Assembly (NCBI GenBank): GCA_951406725.2
Contig: OX597821.1
Span: forward strand, 52,452,001-52,516,000
DNA: 64,000 bases
Direction of reading: 5' to 3'
DNA from: Octopus vulgaris
Taxonomy: Eukaryota
The notes under the pieces are model-generated. The model did no database searches and had not been told where the DNA came from. It was given only the letters and a program-made list of their open reading frames with translations. Positions within the stretch are counted from its first letter, which is position 1; every line of letters starts with the position of its first letter. The position numbers were made by a program, and so were the translations under genes. Shown here one piece after another: positions 58,909-64,000 of this stretch.

Positions 58909-59976
58909 TCTTGGGGAAATTTCGAAACAGGGTTTCTCATTGCAACTGTTTCCAGGTCCACTCTGATCCGGAGTAGTAGCGCCTGTAAGAGCTCCAACTA
59001 TAGGTTAATTAGCATGTTATAGGAGGAACTTCAAACACAAACTCTCATTTGAGGTGGCTTGGGAAAGGAAAATTAACTGGGGAATCAACCTCGATAACGA
59101 ATCAAGAAATGGATCCCCCTGAGTTGGTCCGTTGCCGTCTTTGACTTTTGGTCCACAACTCTCAGTGGAATTCTCCAACCCTGTTAGGCAATTCGAATTT
59201 AAGGCCACTGCAATGTAAACCGACATTTAGCTGATCACATTAGCCATCTTAGCTCACTGAAGCACTGTAGTCCGCCTTGCCTCTCAATGTCAAAAGTGTT
59301 GTATCGGAAAAGCGCAGTCTGACTCTCACTTTCAAACCATTAAACGTAGGAAGGAAGAAAAGACTTCCAGTCTTAAGGATCGGTTTACATAGTCACATGC
59401 GAGCGTGCCTCTCTTCAGCATGAGCATCCGACACAAAGCAACTACTGTCATCAGTGTTAATAATAAATGTGACAGTCAAAAAATTACATTTCTTAATCAG
59501 AAATATATACAAGATGGCAATAGATGATAATTTTGCAAGAATTTGAACTGAATAAATGTTAATAGTCATTCATGAGTGTGACGCAAACAAAACCATTACT
59601 TAATTGACATGGGTTTCTTTAAAGTACACAAACGATATCCATTAGCGAATTAAAACTTAAACTAATATTTGAAGCTTGAGCTGCATTAGTAAACTAAGCT
59701 TTCTAGCATTCAAATTTAGCTATCTAAGATTTTATATATTTTATATTTTACTCGCTTCAGTTTCTAGATTGTGACCACAATGGGGCAGTGATTTGAATCG
59801 GCTGTAGTACATACTTTTTGGTACTTTGGTATTTGGTACTTTGGATAGTACTTTGTTACTATCGGATCTTTTTCTGTTCTGCTAAGGAAGGATGACGTTA
59901 AGAAACCTAAACTGGTAGTCAAGCGGTGCTGGGGAACAAACACAAACAGAAATACACACACACACACACAACCACT

Positions 59977-60046
<70 letters not shown>

Positions 60047-60731
60047 CGACACGCTTCTTTAATTTTCCATCTAACGAATTCATACAAAAGTTGTTTGGTT
60101 TGCTCAGGGCGATAATAGAAACATTTGCTCTCAAGGTGCAACTGAGAAGTATGTTTAGGAAGCAAGCATATCACCACACAGGTATGCCTGTGCATATGTA
60201 GTCAAAAAGGAAACACAAATTACAGAAAAGAAAGAATTTGTATAACGAACAAATATTTGGAATAGTATTGTAGAATATGCAAAACAATGAAACTTGTGAC
60301 TTGGGAATATTAAAAAGGAAAAATAGTAAATATTAGACGCTAAGAGTGTAAATTGTAGTCGGTAACATAGAAAATTTGCATCCATGAATTTCGTAGTATC
60401 TTTACGTTTCAATCCACGTCAACATATCCACAGATATTAACATATGTCAAGGAGCACTAACATATATATCCGTCCGATACAAGTAGATATTAAACAGGCA
60501 GTATCAGAATGTTTAGTTGAATCGTTTTGAAATTGTAAAGAGATGGTAAAGAAAAAGTTAGTAAAATGAATGTCATAGCCTGCCATAAAAAATAGTGGTA
60601 AATTGAATATCTCTCCTCGAATTTGACAGCAGAAAATATTAATTCATTGAGTTTCATCAACATTACAAAATACATTTCGGTTGAACTTAAAAATATACTT
60701 TTATGCACATAGAAAAATCAAAACAAACCAT

Positions 60732-60794
<63 letters not shown>

Positions 60795-60888
60795 CATACA
60801 TATATATTTATACTTACATACGTGGATGCACACACGCACACATATATACTTACATGTATACATATGTGTATATATATATATACATATA

Positions 60889-60958
<70 letters not shown>

Positions 60959-61206
60959 TATATACATGTATGTATTCAATAATACATTATCGATAAGAGC
61001 ATTGAAAAGTTTCGAATTATCGAAAATTACACATTTTTTCTTTCATTCCAGTAAACTTCCTTCTCCTACAGCTACACTTTTGCGAATATTTCTCCGTCAA
61101 CTTCACTTCACAAGTACCTGTCTATATTTACAAAATCTTTACATTATTTCTCTCAAATAGAAACACATACTTAACGTCCGCATTATAAGGCTGCCATGCA
61201 TATACA

Positions 61207-61251
<45 letters not shown>

Positions 61252-61265
61252 TATATACATATATA

Positions 61266-61296
<31 letters not shown>

Positions 61297-61365
61297 GTAT
61301 ATATGTGTATATATATATGTATATATGTGTATATATATATGTATATATGTGTATATATATATGTA

Positions 61366-61497
<132 letters not shown>

Positions 61498-62115
61498 TCT
61501 CTGTATGTATGTTGGTATGTCTATATCCATGCAGTAAAAATTATACATAACTCTACGAATATATCCAAACATGTATAGTCATAAACCCATTCGTATATAC
61601 ACGCGTAAGCATATATAAATATGTATGTACGGAATTTGATACTTAAGTATTTGGACGGAGGAGGCACGTGCTATCAAATTCTTTTCAAAATAAGACATAT
61701 TTCTTAAAGGATATCAGACGGAAACTTAATTTAATGGAGAAATTAATATATGGAGTTAGTAGAACATTACTTACCTTCGAAAGTTCGGTTCCACATTCGC
61801 CGTGTAATTGCTGTTCCATTCGAAATACTTTCATTCGCAGCCAGCGTCTCATTTATTGCCAACGCATATAGTATAACAGCATCATGAAAAGCTCCCACGA
61901 AACTGTTTACCTGAAGTTATACGATATACATATAATTATACTCAGTTATACATTAAAACTCTTTACCTGAAATTATGCGATATACAGGTAAATATACTCA
62001 GATATACATTAAAACATTGATATCTATATATATATGTATATATATATGTACATATATATATATATATATGTAAATTATATATAAATATATATGTACATAT
62101 ATATATACATATATA

Positions 62116-62151
<36 letters not shown>

Positions 62152-62296
62152 TTATAAGTTTATGTATATATATATATGTAAATATATATTTGTATATATA
62201 TATATATATATATATGTAAATATATATATGTATATACATATATGTAAATATATATATATATATATATATATGTAAATATATATATATATATATACG

Positions 62297-62328
<32 letters not shown>

Positions 62329-62783
62329 TAGTACAAAGTAAGATAGGTGTTGTGGGTGTAACCCACTATGGGATATCATTTATCCAATATACTGCTGGTA
62401 AATTTTTAATACATAAATATTTTTAATTGAAATGCAATTAATTCATTTATTGTATTAAACGGATGAAGGCAAAGAAACATTTTTAACGTAAATTTATAAT
62501 ACAAATAAGAAAATGGAGAAACAAATTTTGTTTGTTCATCAACTTACGGATATTATAATGTTAGATTATTCATTCATTTTACAAATGAGAACATCAAAAG
62601 CACACAAAATATTATATAAATCAATAGATAAGATACTAATACAAATACAGATTTTAAAAGTCATATCATAAATTTATGAAATCCTGAAATTTCTTCTTAC
62701 AGCTGTTTCAGCCTATGGTCAAAAGTGAATCTAATTACTTTCACTTTATATATATATATATATATATATATACATTTTTTTTT

Positions 62784-63372
62784 CTAGTTTCAGCTCAGAG
62801 CTACGGCCATGCTGATGCACCGCCGTCTTGTACTACACTGTTATTACGACGAACCTCGTCTAATATGTGGCACTTGGTGAAGAATGGAGTTTGATATAGC
62901 TACTCTCATTTGCACCTCCTGCCGTGAGGTAGGTTCATCTGGGACTCTTGACAGGAAGATGTCCAGCTTTGATTTAAAAACTGCTACATCCACTTTGTGC
63001 AAGTTCCTCAGACTCTTTGGAAGAATATTAAAAAGCTGTGGGCCCTTGAAACCTAGGCTGTTGCAGAAGCTGGTCCTGAAGCGTGATGGCATTGCTGGGA
63101 TCTTTGGCACTATGCAGTGTCGTCCCATTCTAGCATTGGTGTAGCTTACAATGCCAAAATTTGGCACAATTCCTTCCAGGATATTCCAGACATATATTAC
63201 TGGATACCTCTCCTATCTTCTCTCCAGGGAGTAGAGTCTTAGCTGTTTCAACCCTTCCCAGTAGCTGAGCTGTTGCAAAGAGATGATCTTCTTTGTGAAT
63301 CTTCTCTGGATTGCTTCAAGGTCTGCTGTTAATTTTACACTGGTGGGTGACCATAGCTGTGAGCAGTAATCT
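62784..63372 (-). mobile_element. CR1/L2-group LINE 3' fragment
   Basis: LDYCSQLWSP..LEAIQRRFTK..SYWEGLKQLRLYSLERR, GFKGPQLFNILP, FKSKLDIFL..VPDEP; same tail as the 16530 copy. Confidence 0.88.
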
Positions 63373-63374
63373 AG

Positions 63375-63407
<33 letters not shown>

Positions 63408-63466
63408 AGTGTGTGTATGTGTGTGTATACACACATATGTATTGATCATAAATCTATACATACATT

Positions 63467-63515
<49 letters not shown>

Positions 63516-63595
63516 TACGTTAAATTATGGGGCCGTAAACGTAACAACATCAGTTGTCAAGACCTACAAACACACACACACCCACACACACACAC

Positions 63596-63631
<36 letters not shown>

Positions 63632-63634
<3 letters not shown>

Positions 63635-63770
63635 GACGGGTTTTTTCAGTTTCCGTCTACCAAATCTACAAACAAGATTTTGGTCGAAGAGATTTGCCCA
63701 AGTTGCCATGTAGTGGGACTGAACACGGAACCATATGGTATGTAAGCAAGATACTTACCAGACAGCCACA
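63632..63770 (-). mobile_element. SINE family A head fragment
   Basis: tttcagtttccgtctaccaaatc...gtgggactgaac...cttaccagacagcc. Confidence 0.8.
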
Positions 63771-64000
63771 AAATAATATATATGTATTTCCTCTGTATGT
63801 TTGTGTGTGCATGTTCATGTTGGGTGTATGAGACTCGATTGTACAGTAAACGAATACATCCACTAACGTATGCAGACTTGTGTAGAGTTAAGAAACATGT
63901 CGAACAACAATTATAAATAATCACGAAATGTTGTGCAGAAAAATAACGTCTTTTCCTATATTCATTTCGTATCCATTGCACATCTCTCTAAACATACACA

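Noticed and set aside
61905-62020. Two ~57-bp tandem copies
   Set aside because: Ordinary local AT-rich duplication with no structural or coding signal.

Overview
AT-rich, microsatellite-saturated animal DNA. It is most likely an Octopus intergenic or intronic region; this is inferred from the SINE families and the extreme (TA)n load, not from a search. No host protein-coding exon could be supported, and most ORFs in the track are microsatellite artefacts. The window is a transposon landscape: (1) a young, GC-rich, nearly intact Helitron (Rep HUH/Y2 + PIF1-like helicase with one +1 frameshift) and an older decayed Helitron; (2) a 5'-truncated Penelope-like element (RT + GIY-YIG) plus several PLE fragments; (3) CR1-like LINE 3' ends, a cluster of R4/Dong-like fragments in (TAA)n, Tc1/mariner remnants and two tRNA-derived SINE families. 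The most interesting signal is non-coding. By eye I find about ten type I hammerhead ribozyme (HHR) motifs. Four lie in a 357-bp head-to-tail array with an internal inversion (24805-26245) that looks like a retrozyme/circular-RNA replicon. Others carry compensatory swaps of the catalytic-core 3-8 pair (C-G, U-A and G-C all occur). Many of these non-coding elements are fold-back structures embedded in (TA)n. All RNA structures were paired by hand, not computed, and the boundaries of degraded elements are approximate.
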